Shown: positions 1 to 9,988, counted from the stretch's first letter. The stretch: 40,443 bases of DNA from Candidatus Hydrogenedentota bacterium (GCA_034408725.1 JAWXCN010000153.1:1-40443), one strand, 5' to 3'. Notes: generated from the sequence alone by a model not told the origin. Program-made: numbers and translations.

Positions 1-956
1 AAGCATTTCTTACCGCGCGCAACGTGGGCTTTGATCTCGCCACCGTGTTACTCGGCTGGGGGTGGACCGAAGCAAATGGCGGAAAAATCAAAACCGAAGA
101 CATTGAGACCACCTTCGGCATCGAAAAATTGCGTGCGCATGGATTTAAGCTGAAATCGCACGGCGCAGTTTGGTTGCAGGATTACGGCATCCTTCCCGCC
201 CACGCCAAGGCCATGCCATCGGCGGAACTTCAAACCGCCATGCTCGCGCAGCAAGCCGCATTGCTCGAAACCTACGCTGATACGTTTTCCGTCTGGGAAG
301 CAATGAACGAACCCAACGTAACGAATGTCGTGGGTTTGCCGCGCGAATCTGTCCTCAATGCACTTGAGGAATCAGCCGCGCTCATCAAAGAAACTCCCGC
401 GTTGACATCGCTCGTGAACGGAGCGCATGAAGGCGATTTCGGCCGACGCTTCGCAGTTTACACCCTCGACAACACGTCGCTGTCGGATTGGAACCGCACG
501 TACTTCACGTATCTCTCCGAAGCGAAATCCGCAAATGCGCTGGACAACATCGACGTGATAGGACTTCAATACTATCCCGGCTTTCATTTCAACAGATCGT
601 TCGGCGGACTCCAGGGTCCCGCGACAACTCCCTCGTGGTTCATTGATACCCTCGAACGCTACGCCAAACTCGGCAAACCGCTGCACATTACCGAATGCTC
701 GCTGCCGTCGTCCTATGACAAAACATGGATCTCGGGCTATTGGCGCGAACCGTGGACTCCACAGACGCAAGCTGATTACGCGGAAATGATCTTCACGCTC
801 GCATACGCAAACCCAGATGTACATTCCATTTCATGGTGGGACGTGCTCGACACGAAATCTTCCGTGACTACTGGCGGGCTGTGCGATGCGCAGGGGAATC
901 CCAAGCCCGTGCTCGAACGATTGGCTGCGCTCATCGCTTCTTGGAAAAAGAAGTGA
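1..956 (+). CDS. GH10-like (clan GH-A) glycoside hydrolase, probably 5'-truncated by the window edge
   Basis: ORF 24..956 with the frame open upstream; acid/base motif WEAMNEP, nucleophile motif LHITE, plus HGAVW and IDVIGLQ, typical of GH10 TIM barrels. Confidence 0.75.
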   Translation, partial: AFLTARNVGFDLATVLLGWGWTEANGGKIKTEDIETTFGIEKLRAHGFKLKSHGAVWLQDYGILPAHAKAMPSAELQTAMLAQQAALLETYADTFSVWEAMNEPNVTNVVGLPRESVLNALEESAALIKETPALTSLVNGAHEGDFGRRFAVYTLDNTSLSDWNRTYFTYLSEAKSANALDNIDVIGLQYYPGFHFNRSFGGLQGPATTPSWFIDTLERYAKLGKPLHITECSLPSSYDKTWISGYWREPWTPQTQADYAEMIFTLAYANPDVHSISWWDVLDTKSSVTTGGLCDAQGNPKPVLERLAALIASWKKK

Positions 957-2119
957 AACCGCGCAACGTCCTCTTTCTCATTCGCAGTTGGGCCTTCGGT
1001 GGCTCTCACACGATTCTGCTCTCGCTCATGAAACACTTGCCGCGAGACCGCTACAACATTGTTTGCGTGCCCTACGATAGCTTCTCCGGCTCGGATGAAA
1101 TCTTCATTGAACAGGCCCGCAAACGAGGACTCCCTCCCGCGGACGAGCGCATCCCCTGGAAATCGCGCGGCAACTGGTGGAAAGCGCGTGAAACCGTTTT
1201 TGGCCTCATCAAAAAATATAACATCGATCTCATTCATACGCACGACCCGCAATCGAACACGATGATCGGACTCGGCCGTAAAAAGTTTCCCTGCGCAACC
1301 GTGGCGAGCGCCTACGGTTGGTGGGACGGCTTTCGCCCCATTCGCCGGTTCGTCTACCAATGGATCGAGCGGGACTTCGCATTGCGCAATTTCGATCGCG
1401 TCATCACCGTGTCGAACCACATGCGCGCGCGCATCCGCAAAGGCCCGACGCCTGAATCAAACATCCGCGTCATTTACACCGGCCTCGAACCTCTCCCGGA
1501 AGCCGCGAACACCGGGGCGTTGCGCGAACGAAATGGCATTCCTTCGGACGCTGTAGTCATCGGCGCCGTCAGCCGCGTGTCGGCCGAAAAAGGCCACACC
1601 CATCTCATCGACGCCATCGCGCAACTGGCGCCCAATTACCCAAACATCCGCGCGCTCATCGTCGGCAACGGTCCCGCAAAAACGGAACTCGAGGAAAAGA
1701 CCGTAAGTCTCGGTCTCTCGAATGTTGTGAAATTCGCAGGATTCTGTGACGATCTGCCGGAAGCGCTTGCCGCAATGAACCTCTTTGCGCAGCCTTCCGT
1801 GCAACAAGAGGGATTGCCGACGTCAATTTTGGAAGCACAGTCAGCCGGTCTTCCCGTGATTGCATCGGACATCGGCGGTGTCAATGAAACTTTGCAGAAC
1901 AACGTAACGGGGTTACTCGTTCCGCCCGGCGACGCAACCGCGCTTGCAAACGCGATTGTTTCGCTGGCGAACGATGCAGAACGCCGCCGCGCCATGGGCG
2001 AAGCCGGACGCAGCCGCGCCGCGACCGAGTTCGCGTTGAACCGCATGGTCCAGCAAGTCGCGCAAACGTATGAAGAGGCCATTGAGCAGTATGCCACGCG
2101 CAAAACGCACCGCACTTGA
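953..2119 (+). CDS. GT4-family glycosyltransferase
   Basis: GTG start overlapping the upstream TGA (GTGA at 953-956); motifs SAEKGH and EGLPTSILEAQSAGLPVIASDIGG. Confidence 0.9.
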   Translation: MKPRNVLFLIRSWAFGGSHTILLSLMKHLPRDRYNIVCVPYDSFSGSDEIFIEQARKRGLPPADERIPWKSRGNWWKARETVFGLIKKYNIDLIHTHDPQSNTMIGLGRKKFPCATVASAYGWWDGFRPIRRFVYQWIERDFALRNFDRVITVSNHMRARIRKGPTPESNIRVIYTGLEPLPEAANTGALRERNGIPSDAVVIGAVSRVSAEKGHTHLIDAIAQLAPNYPNIRALIVGNGPAKTELEEKTVSLGLSNVVKFAGFCDDLPEALAAMNLFAQPSVQQEGLPTSILEAQSAGLPVIASDIGGVNETLQNNVTGLLVPPGDATALANAIVSLANDAERRRAMGEAGRSRAATEFALNRMVQQVAQTYEEAIEQYATRKTHRT

Positions 2120-3218
2120 ACATACGCGCATCGGAATCGATGCGCACGCCATAGGCGCCCGCGCGGGCGGCAACGAAACTTATATGCGCGAACTCTTGTT
2201 CGCATTGCGCGAGAATGCGCCGAATCACGACATCGTCGTGTACGCGCAACGCGGCATTTCGCAAAACGCGCTCGCGGGCTGGCCGATTATCCCGCTCCCG
2301 CGCACCTCGTCCTACCTGCGCGTCCCCATCACGCTGCCGCGCGCGGTGCAACGCAGCAAGGCAAAGCTACTGCACGTGCAATACAGCGCGCCGCCCGTCA
2401 GTCCCTGCCCCTTTGTCGTTAGTCTGCACGACGTCGGCTGGCTCACGTTTCCTGAATTGTTCACCGCGGGAATGCGCAGCCGCCTCAACCTCTTGACCCC
2501 CGGCACACTTCGCCGCGCGCGCCGCGTCTTCGCGCTCACCCACGCGATGGCAAAAGAAATCAACGAGCACTATGGCACGCCGCTTGATCGCATTGATATC
2601 GTGTCGCCCGGCGTGGATCCGCTGTTCCGCGCCCACGCCCCGTCCGCGGCTCTCGACGCCGCACTGCGCCGCTATCACGTGGAAAAGCCCTACGTCCTGT
2701 ACACCGGAGCATTGCAACCTCGAAAGAATCTCACGCGGCTCGCCACCACCTTCGCGCGCCTCGCGTCGAAAGGCTTGCCGCACACCCTCGTCATCGCCGG
2801 ACGCCGCGCATGGTTGCACAAGGAAATGCTCGCGCAGATCGCGCGCCTCAACCTCGGCAATCGCATCCACTTCACCGGCTACGTCGAACAACCCGACTTG
2901 CCCTACCTCTACGCCGGGGCGTCGGCATTTGCATACGTTTCAATCTATGAAGGTTTCGGCTTGCCCGTCCTCGAAGCTATGGCCTGCGGCACCCCCGTGC
3001 TGGCATCCGCCATTCCCGCGATAAAAGAAGTCGCCGCCGACGCGGTCGCCTATTGTTCGCCATTCGACATCGAAGACATGCAAGCCGCGCTAGAAAGCAT
3101 TCTCACCAACGAAGACCTGCAAAGCCACCTCCGCGCCGCAGGCCCCGTCCGCGCGGCCAACTACACCCGAAAGGCCATGGCCGAAGCCGCACTCGCGGGC
3201 TACCAAAAAGCGATTTGA
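2091..3218 (+). CDS. GT4-family glycosyltransferase (MtfB-like)
   Basis: Motifs RIGIDA, QPRKNL and YEGFGLPVLEAMACGTPV; ATG at 2091 chosen as the start (2070 is the alternative). Confidence 0.9.
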   Translation: MPRAKRTALEHTRIGIDAHAIGARAGGNETYMRELLFALRENAPNHDIVVYAQRGISQNALAGWPIIPLPRTSSYLRVPITLPRAVQRSKAKLLHVQYSAPPVSPCPFVVSLHDVGWLTFPELFTAGMRSRLNLLTPGTLRRARRVFALTHAMAKEINEHYGTPLDRIDIVSPGVDPLFRAHAPSAALDAALRRYHVEKPYVLYTGALQPRKNLTRLATTFARLASKGLPHTLVIAGRRAWLHKEMLAQIARLNLGNRIHFTGYVEQPDLPYLYAGASAFAYVSIYEGFGLPVLEAMACGTPVLASAIPAIKEVAADAVAYCSPFDIEDMQAALESILTNEDLQSHLRAAGPVRAANYTRKAMAEAALAGYQKAI

Positions 3219-3223
3219 AGAAT

Positions 3224-3378
3224 TGTGTCCACAGATTGCGCAGATTCACACAGATTGAAAACAAAGAAACGGTTCCTGAAAAGACGTTTAACAAAAAGTC
3301 TTGTCAAATTTTGAACTTGAATTCATATTGAATTGTATGGATTTGAATCTGTGTTAATCTGCGCAATCTGTGGACACA
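3224..3378. repeat. 33-bp inverted repeat built from CAGATT/AATCTG units, flanking an AT-rich spacer between convergent genes
   Basis: 3224-3256 TGTGTCCACAGATTGCGCAGATTCACACAGATT is the reverse complement of 3346-3378 with one mismatch. Confidence 0.85.
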
Positions 3379-3386
3379 CGTCTTAA

Positions 3387-4889
3387 TTAAAACGGCACGT
3401 CCTCGTCCCCGCCGATTTCTTCATGATCAAATCGCGGCTCTTCACCGCCACCGCCGCCGGGAACATACGGTGGCGCCTCGGCCCTGCCTGCGGCCGGATC
3501 CTGAAAGCGTTGCGTATTCCGATCGAAGTACAACTCAAGTTTCCCCGTCGGCCCATTGCGCTGCTTCGCGATATTCACGTGAATTAAATTCTCATGTCCG
3601 CCGCCGCCACCGCTGTCATCGTCATCATCGCCACCACCACCACCACCCTGTCGCTTAAACGCTGGCGGACGCGACAGCATGATCACTACGTCGGCGTCCT
3701 GTTCGATCGCCCCCGACTCGCGCAGGTGAGACAGCTTTGGCGTGCCGGCGTCGTCTTTTTCGGCTTCCCGGCTGAGCTGTGACAACGCCATCACCGGACA
3801 CCGCAATTCGCGCGCGATACCCTTGATCGACCGCGAAATTTCCGCGATCTCCGTCTGCCTGCTCTCGGTTCGGCCAGGCGCGCGCATGAGCTGCAAATAG
3901 TCAATCACGATCAGGTCCACGCTGTGCTGCGCCGCGTGACGCCGCGCCTTGGAACGCAATTCCAAAATACTGATGTTCGGCGTGTCATCAATAAAGATAG
4001 GCGCATTGCTCAATTTGTTCGCGCCAAGCTGCACCTTTGGAAACTCGTTGCGCGCGAGATATCCCGAACGCAACCGTTGCGAATCGATTCCGCCCGCCAT
4101 GCACAACAGGCGCTGCACCAACTGTTCCTTCGACATTTCCAAACTGAACACCAACACGCTCTTTTTCTCATGGATGGCAACAAACGACGCAATGTTCAAA
4201 GAAAACGCCGTCTTTCCCACCGATGGCCGCGCAGCCAGCACGACCATGTCCGATGGCTGGAATCCGGAAAGCATTTGGTCCAATTGATGAAACCCGGACG
4301 GCACGCCCGTGTATCCCTTGTGCGAACGGATAATTGCTTCGATGCGATCGATCGCGTCCGGCACCAGATCGCCGACCGAAAATATTGGGCTGAGCTGTCG
4401 CGTTTCCGCGATCGAAAACATCGCCGACTCGGCCTTGTCCAGCAGCGTATTGACATCGCCCGGCGATTCATACGCTTCACCCACCAGCGTCGTGCAAGCG
4501 AAGATCAGCCGGCGCAACACTGCCGCGTCTTGCACAATGCGCGCGTAATACTCGATGTTTGCCGACGTCGGCACCGCCCCCGCGAGTTCCGCGATGAAAC
4601 TGACGCCGCCTGCTTTCTCAATCGTACCGTCGCGCCCAAGCTGTTCCATCAGCGTCACCACGTCCACCGGCGTCGCGCTCCGGTACAGCTTCAATATGCC
4701 GTCATAAATAAGCTGATGCGGCTCAGCGTAAAACACGCTGGCCGCATCATCCTTCAATACTTCTATCGCGGTGCCCACCGCTTCGGGGTTCAACAGCATT
4801 GCACCGAGCACGGACCGCTCCGCGTCGATGCTCTGCGGCGGAACGCGGTCGAATACCGGCGTAGGCTTGCGCTGCTGAAACTTTGCCAC
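3387..4889 (-). CDS. dnaB: Replicative DNA helicase DnaB
   Basis: N-terminal PPQSIDAERSVLG; Walker A AARPSVGKT; IDYLQL, LSQLSR, LRESGAIEQDAD and KQRNGPTG; GTG start at 4889 just after the rplI stop. Confidence 0.97.
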   Translation of the reverse strand: MAKFQQRKPTPVFDRVPPQSIDAERSVLGAMLLNPEAVGTAIEVLKDDAASVFYAEPHQLIYDGILKLYRSATPVDVVTLMEQLGRDGTIEKAGGVSFIAELAGAVPTSANIEYYARIVQDAAVLRRLIFACTTLVGEAYESPGDVNTLLDKAESAMFSIAETRQLSPIFSVGDLVPDAIDRIEAIIRSHKGYTGVPSGFHQLDQMLSGFQPSDMVVLAARPSVGKTAFSLNIASFVAIHEKKSVLVFSLEMSKEQLVQRLLCMAGGIDSQRLRSGYLARNEFPKVQLGANKLSNAPIFIDDTPNISILELRSKARRHAAQHSVDLIVIDYLQLMRAPGRTESRQTEIAEISRSIKGIARELRCPVMALSQLSREAEKDDAGTPKLSHLRESGAIEQDADVVIMLSRPPAFKRQGGGGGGDDDDDSGGGGGHENLIHVNIAKQRNGPTGKLELYFDRNTQRFQDPAAGRAEAPPYVPGGGGGEEPRFDHEEIGGDEDVPF

Positions 4890-4890
4890 G

Positions 4891-5469
4891 TTACTCCGTG
4901 GCCTCATCCGATACGGATTCCTCCTCACTCACAACTTCTTCAACCTCGGCAGACGCTTCTTCCGCGGGCGCGTCCTTTGCGGGCGCGCCGGCCGCAGGAG
5001 CTTCGGACACTACCGGAATGTCTTCCTGATCTTTGACGACGACCACATTGACCTTCGCCTCAATGCCCTTCATCAGCTTCACCGAGACAACATGCGTGCC
5101 CAGCGTGCGGATCGGTTCGTCGACATGGATGCTCCGCTTATCAACGGCATAGCCCAGCGGCTTCAACGCTTCCGCGATCTGCACCGTCGTCACAGAACCA
5201 AAAATGCGGTCTTCGCCGCCGCCCTTCGCCTTGATCTCGATGGTTAGCGACTGCAGCTTCTTCGCTTCATCCGCGAGTTGCACCCGCACCTTTTCCTCGC
5301 GCCGCTTGATATTGCGCAGCTCATGCTCGATCTGTTTCGCGCTCCCCGATTCCGCCGGCACCGCCAGCTTGCGCGGCAACAAAAAATTGCGCGCATACCC
5401 CGGCGCAACCTTGACAGTCGTGCCCATTTCACCCAGGTTCGGGACATTCTCGCAAAGAATAACTTTCAT
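4891..5469 (-). CDS. rplI: 50S ribosomal protein L9 with an acidic C-terminal extension
   Basis: MKVILCENVPNLG...VAPGYARNFLLP and FGSVT; operon context. Confidence 0.97.
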   Translation of the reverse strand: MKVILCENVPNLGEMGTTVKVAPGYARNFLLPRKLAVPAESGSAKQIEHELRNIKRREEKVRVQLADEAKKLQSLTIEIKAKGGGEDRIFGSVTTVQIAEALKPLGYAVDKRSIHVDEPIRTLGTHVVSVKLMKGIEAKVNVVVVKDQEDIPVVSEAPAAGAPAKDAPAEEASAEVEEVVSEEESVSDEATE

Positions 5470-5594
5470 CCATCTTCTCCCATTGCGCCATGCACTTCGC
5501 ACGACGCCTAGCCTTGGGGCATTTGCCGCAACACCGCGACAACTTTTAAAGGTTTACCCCATCCAACAACATCGTTATTACTCGACGATCACAA

Positions 5595-5701
5595 CTCGTA
5601 ATCGTAACCCGTCCTTCGCAGCCCTGCCGCTTAGGAGGGCGTAGGAGGATCGTAATCGATCTCCTCACCCCTCTTCTTAAAGTCCCCCTTTGAAGGGGGA
5701 T
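5595..5701 (-). repeat. Composite interspersed repeat, copy 1 (copy 2 at 21170-21278)
   Basis: 5595-5648 is the reverse complement of 21225-21278 (51/54 identical); hairpin AGTCCCCCTTTGAAGGGGGAT at 5681-5701 recurs near 21170 and 35169. Confidence 0.85.
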
Positions 5702-5709
5702 GTATATCC

Positions 5710-6732
5710 CTAAGTCAATCCATCTCCCGATTTCGCATTCCGGATTGCTTCCGCCAACCGATCAATCCGCTGACGAAACCCGGCCCAGGTATCAAACAAT
5801 CCAATCATGCTCAACACCGGGACCAACCCGAAATTAATCAACAAGAACACAATCAACGCCATCAAAAAGAATCCCGGCGCCAACGTGTTCACGCCATACA
5901 GAAAAATCGCGAACCCGTTCAACGTATACAAGGCGAGAAGGCCCACCGCCATGTTCCACGAAACAAACCGCAGACCCTGACTGCCATAGCGGTAATCGAT
6001 CAGCCACATCACCGCGGTCACAATCGTAGCCCATACCAGCCAATCCGGCGGACGCATGTCGCGAAACGATCCAATCGGACCCGGGTCCGCGTACCAGCGC
6101 CGCAATGCCGTCGCCGTGAACGACACGAAAAAACAGGTAGTCATCAGTATGGCTGCAAACTGGAATCCAACAACCAGACCACTCTTTTCGGATTTCCAGT
6201 AAGTCAACGCTTCAAGTTGTTCGTCCGTCGCCGTTACCGCGCCCGTCGCCGCCGTCGATTGGACTGACTCAACGAAGTAATCAAACAGCGCGTCAAGCTG
6301 GGTATTCATCTCCTCCCAGTTCAACACCATGTAGATGCTCACTGCGGCGAACATCGCGCCAGCGGTCATCGTCACAATCCTGCCATACGTCCAGCCGCGC
6401 CCGATCCCGAAGCCAATCGCAATGCCCGATGCCGCGAGCAACGTGTAATTGAACACCGTGCGCGCCGCGATTTCGATCATTTGGCCCGCCGTGAGCGTCT
6501 GCATCGCGGGAACGCCTACCAGCTTCGCCAGCGCCCCAAACATGCTGATGCCAACTGCACCCGACAATGCGGCGCACACAAGCAGCCCCAGCGCCGCTCG
6601 CCATGATCTGCGTGCAGTTAACACGCCTAGTGGGACAGGAAATATCAGGATGGATAATACATTCGGACCGAGCACGCACGTCGCGCCCGCGCTGAATACG
6701 AACAACCCCAGCCAAAGACCTGCATAATGCAT
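5710..6732 (-). CDS. DUF2232/YybS-family membrane protein
   Basis: Multiple hydrophobic segments, C-terminal IGLFDTWAGFR motif, and the conserved position between rpsR and rplI. Confidence 0.85.
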   Translation of the reverse strand: MHYAGLWLGLFVFSAGATCVLGPNVLSILIFPVPLGVLTARRSWRAALGLLVCAALSGAVGISMFGALAKLVGVPAMQTLTAGQMIEIAARTVFNYTLLAASGIAIGFGIGRGWTYGRIVTMTAGAMFAAVSIYMVLNWEEMNTQLDALFDYFVESVQSTAATGAVTATDEQLEALTYWKSEKSGLVVGFQFAAILMTTCFFVSFTATALRRWYADPGPIGSFRDMRPPDWLVWATIVTAVMWLIDYRYGSQGLRFVSWNMAVGLLALYTLNGFAIFLYGVNTLAPGFFLMALIVFLLINFGLVPVLSMIGLFDTWAGFRQRIDRLAEAIRNAKSGDGLT

Positions 6733-6759
6733 GGCCCGCCCTCGGGGGTTCCGATCTGC

Positions 6760-7026
6760 TTAATCAGCCACGTACGGCAACATCGCGATCTGACGCGCCA
6801 ACTTGATGGCCTTCGTCAACATCCGCTGATGCCGTGCCGTCGCCCCCGTGATGCGCCGCGGAATGATCTTCCCGCGCTCCGTCACGTAATGCTTCAGCAG
6901 GCCAATGTCCTTGTAATCGATATAACATACCCGGTCCACCGTCAACCGGCAGACCTTGTTGCGCGACATCGACTTCTTTTTTTTCTTCTTGGCGCGCGCT
7001 TTCGCCTTCACTGCAAAACGAGCCAT
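6760..7026 (-). CDS. rpsR: 30S ribosomal protein S18
   Basis: IDYKD...[12 protein letters not shown]...HQR...[13 protein letters not shown]. Confidence 0.97.
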   Translation of the reverse strand: MARFAVKAKARAKKKKKKSMSRNKVCRLTVDRVCYIDYKDIGLLKHYVTERGKIIPRRITGATARHQRMLTKAIKLARQIAMLPYVAD

Positions 7027-7054
7027 TATCCGGAATTCTCCTGGTTCCTAACCG

Positions 7055-7513
7055 TTAAAATGGGATGTCCTCTTCGGCAACCGGCATTGGTTCCTCGATC
7101 GTGCGCGGGGCGGGCTTCGACCCACTGCCGCCGCTTTCGCCGCCCGCGCCGCCGCCTCCGGAGCGATCGCCCCAGTCAAGCTGCTGCACGCGTTCAGCGG
7201 TCACTTCGATGACGGTGCGCTTCTGTCCGGTTTTGTCTTCGAAATCGTTGCTGCGCAAATTCCCCTCAACCATCACAGGGCGGCCTTTCCGCAAATATTC
7301 ATTGACGAATTCCGCGGTCTTGCCCCAAGTCGTGACATTGATGAACATCGTCTCCTCGCGCTTCTCGCCGTCCTTGCTCTTATAGAACCTTGAAACGGCA
7401 AGCCCGAGTTTGCACACAGCCATACCCGAAGGTATATACCGAAGTTCCGGATCGCGCGTCAGGCGCCCCGCGAGGAACACCTTGTTTACATCCGGCATGC
7501 GAAAGTCCGACAT
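7055..7513 (-). CDS. ssb: Single-stranded DNA-binding protein
   Basis: NKVFLAGRLTRDPELRY, Gly-rich linker and C-terminal EEDIPF. Confidence 0.97.
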   Translation of the reverse strand: MSDFRMPDVNKVFLAGRLTRDPELRYIPSGMAVCKLGLAVSRFYKSKDGEKREETMFINVTTWGKTAEFVNEYLRKGRPVMVEGNLRSNDFEDKTGQKRTVIEVTAERVQQLDWGDRSGGGGAGGESGGSGSKPAPRTIEEPMPVAEEDIPF

Positions 7514-7541
7514 ACGACCGATCCTCCCCTACGCTTGTCGA

Positions 7542-7982
7542 TTAATCGCCGTCGTCGTCTTCGTCACGGCGACGCCCACGGGGCGGACGCCGATCATCAT
7601 CATCGTCGTCGTCGTCGCGATCCGTAGTGCGCGCCGCATTCGCACGAAGTTCTGCCTCCGTGCGCTGCTTCTGCTCTTCCTCGAGCCGCAACGTCTTGTC
7701 GTCGAACTTCACAATCAGGTCCCGGATAACGCTCTCGGTGAGCCGGAAATGGTTCGCGAGTTTGCCTACAAACGCCGCGGGACTTTCGAACCGCAACAAC
7801 ACGTACACACCTTCAGTGTACCGATCAACTTCATAGGCCATCTTTCGCTTTCCCCAGGTCTCCGAGCGCACGATAGCTCCGCCACTGGACGTCACCAGGG
7901 TCTCGACGTCCGATGCTACCGTCTGGATCTCATCGTCTTTCAAGTCAGGCTTGACGATGTAGAGCGCTTCGTAAGTGGTCAA
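7542..7982 (-). CDS. rpsF: 30S ribosomal protein S6
   Basis: YEALYIVKPDL...WGKRKMAYEV with an acidic tail; TTG start with a GAGGAGG RBS. Confidence 0.96.
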   Translation of the reverse strand: MTTYEALYIVKPDLKDDEIQTVASDVETLVTSSGGAIVRSETWGKRKMAYEVDRYTEGVYVLLRFESPAAFVGKLANHFRLTESVIRDLIVKFDDKTLRLEEEQKQRTEAELRANAARTTDRDDDDDDDDRRPPRGRRRDEDDDGD

Positions 7983-8080
7983 GACAGTTCACCTCCTCTA
8001 AACACAGTTCTCCCCTACCGGCGGGGTGTTGCGCAAACCGGAAGCTTATCAAACACACACACCCTGACTCAAACTGCGAG

Positions 8081-8360
8081 CGGGTTCCGGGGATCGAGGA
8101 TCGGGTTCCGGGTTCCGGGTATCTGGTATCGGGTATCGGGTGTATCGGGTATCGGGTATCGGGTGTCGGGGTGCAGGGTGTCGAGTGCTGACATGAATGT
8201 GCGAAGTGTTAACGCGTGGGGAGACCATCGGTCGCGGTGGTGGCGCGGTCGGAGACCGGCCACAGCGCGCTGACCCAATACTAATTACTTAATACCCAAT
8301 ACCCAATACCCAATACCCAATACCCAATACACCCGATACCCGGAACCCGATACCCGATTC
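8081..8360. repeat. Inverted pair of heptamer tandem arrays, (CGGGTAT)n ... (ATACCCA/G)n, enclosing a REP-like palindrome
   Basis: Degenerate CGGGTAT/CGGGTTC units at 8081-8185, AATACCC/GATACCC units at about 8272-8360, and a REP-like copy at 8220-8265. Confidence 0.85.
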
Positions 8361-8412
8361 CCTCTCCCCGCCCCCATCTGCTATCCTCCTGTTTTCACGG
8401 AGTTCCGCAATC

Positions 8413-9129
8413 ATGGGCGCCCTCATCATCGTTCGACACGGCCAAGCCTCTTTCCACGAGGAAGACTACGACAAGCTCTCTCCACTCGGCGAAGAACAGG
8501 CCCGCCGCCTCGGGTCCTACTGGGTCGACCACCGCATGACGCTCCACCGCGCCATTTCCGGTCCCCTCCTGCGCCAACGGCGTTCCGCCGAGCTTGTCCG
8601 CGAAGAATTCATCAACGCCGGTTTACCCTTTCCCGAAATCGAAATCGCCGATGCCCTCGCAGAAATGCCTGTCGAGCGCCTCGCGAAACGTTTCATGCCC
8701 CAGCTTTGCGCCGAGGACGAGGAATGCCTCTCGCTTGTCCAACAGTTCATGGCCAGCACCGACAAGCCCGAAAAAGAGCGCCTGTTCCAAAAGCCCTTTG
8801 AAAAACTTATGCTCAAATGGGCCGCAAAAGACTATCACGACGAAGAAATCGAGGCGTTTGACGCATTTGTAGATCGCGTAAAAACCACCATCGATTCCAT
8901 CATGTCCAACCGATCAAATGGCCAGCGCGTCGCGGCATTCACCTCTGGTGGCCCGACGGCCGTCGCCATGCAACTCGCGCTCGGCACCACCTTCGAAACC
9001 ACCCTCGAACTCGTCTGGCAAGTCCGCAATGCCTCACTCACCGAATTCATGTTCACCAACGGCCGCTTTACGCTAAGCACGTTCAATAGCGTAGCCCACC
9101 TCCACCCCGACCATTGGACCTACCGGTAA
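8413..9129 (+). CDS. Histidine phosphatase (phosphoglycerate mutase superfamily)
   Basis: IVRHGQASF...YDKLSPLG, FTSGG and NASLTEF. Confidence 0.9.
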   Translation: MGALIIVRHGQASFHEEDYDKLSPLGEEQARRLGSYWVDHRMTLHRAISGPLLRQRRSAELVREEFINAGLPFPEIEIADALAEMPVERLAKRFMPQLCAEDEECLSLVQQFMASTDKPEKERLFQKPFEKLMLKWAAKDYHDEEIEAFDAFVDRVKTTIDSIMSNRSNGQRVAAFTSGGPTAVAMQLALGTTFETTLELVWQVRNASLTEFMFTNGRFTLSTFNSVAHLHPDHWTYR

Positions 9130-9272
9130 TCCCCTCGCCGCTTATTCGTATTGCTCGACCCGTAATCGTCCTCGTAATCCGATTTTTCGAACTTTTCGAT
9201 TACGAGGACGATTACGATTACGAACGAAAGCGTTGTGCCCGGTTCCCCGACCGCGCCAGCCTCACATTATGT

Positions 9273-9320
9273 GTTGTGGCCGGTCTCCCGACCGCGCCAC
9301 ACCCGAGACCGCAGGTCTCC
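9273..9320 (+). repeat. REP-like 48-bp palindromic element (other copies at 8220-8265 and 28008-28055, opposite strand)
   Basis: GTTGTGGCCGGTCTCCCGACCGCGCCAC...GACCGCAGGTCTCC is nearly identical to the reverse complement of 28008-28055. Confidence 0.85.
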
Positions 9321-9464
9321 GGCGCGACAACTTCCTGATTTTCTCCCTCCCACACTCACACTTCCAAATCGTCTCCCAAAATGCGCATACTCTACCTATA
9401 TGAGGCATGCCCCTCCGCATGCACCCAATTCCCATCGAAGTCGACCACGCAGGAGTGCCTTGCC

Positions 9465-9881
9465 ATGAATCCGAAAGAAATCATCATCACCGAGACTGAC
9501 CTGACCCGCATCAAAGCCAGTCTCGAACACATGGATGCCGGCGAACGCCGCGAACAAAAACACCTCGCCGAACTCGAAGCTGAACTCAACCGCGCAACCG
9601 TTGTCGCCGCGGGTGAAGTGCCCGACGACGTAATCACCATGAATTCCAGCGTCCGGCTGCTCGATCTCGATTCCAAGAAGAAATTGAAATATTCCGTCGT
9701 GTACCCGCCCGAAGCCGACGCCGCCGAAGGCCGTATCTCCGTTCTCGCGCCAATCGGCACCGCCCTGTTAGGCTACCGCGTCGGCGACGAAATAGAATGG
9801 ACAGTTCCCTCCGGCGTTCGCCGGTTCCGCGTAGAGAAAATATTGTTCCAACCTGAAGCAGAAGGAAAATTTGAGCTTTAA
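9465..9881 (+). CDS. rnk: Regulator of nucleoside diphosphate kinase (GreA/GreB family)
   Basis: ELNRATVV...VPDDVITMNSSV...VYPPEAD...ISVLAPIGTALLG...FQPEAEG; AGGAG RBS before ATG 9465. Confidence 0.9.
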   Translation: MNPKEIIITETDLTRIKASLEHMDAGERREQKHLAELEAELNRATVVAAGEVPDDVITMNSSVRLLDLDSKKKLKYSVVYPPEADAAEGRISVLAPIGTALLGYRVGDEIEWTVPSGVRRFRVEKILFQPEAEGKFEL

Positions 9882-9988
9882 TCGAGAAAACGAAAAACTA
9901 AACTCAATAGCGTAGCTGTCATAGTTCCCATAGGTCTTATAAGTCCCATAGGTCCCATACATCCCTTGCTTAACCAACAGGTGCATAC

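Noticed and set aside
3387-4889. Intein in DnaB
   Set aside because: Length is normal (about 500 aa) with contiguous helicase motifs; the only insertion is a short Gly/Asp loop.
3924-5036. Long antisense/alternate-frame ORFs (e.g. 3924-5036, 13477-14580, 39247-40281, 30715-31665)
   Set aside because: They overlap well-supported genes and are typical shadows of high-GC codon bias, with no recognisable motifs.
7983-8070. S6:S18 ribosomal leader RNA upstream of rpsF
   Set aside because: The position fits, but I could not confirm the consensus structure by eye; it needs an Infernal/Rfam search.
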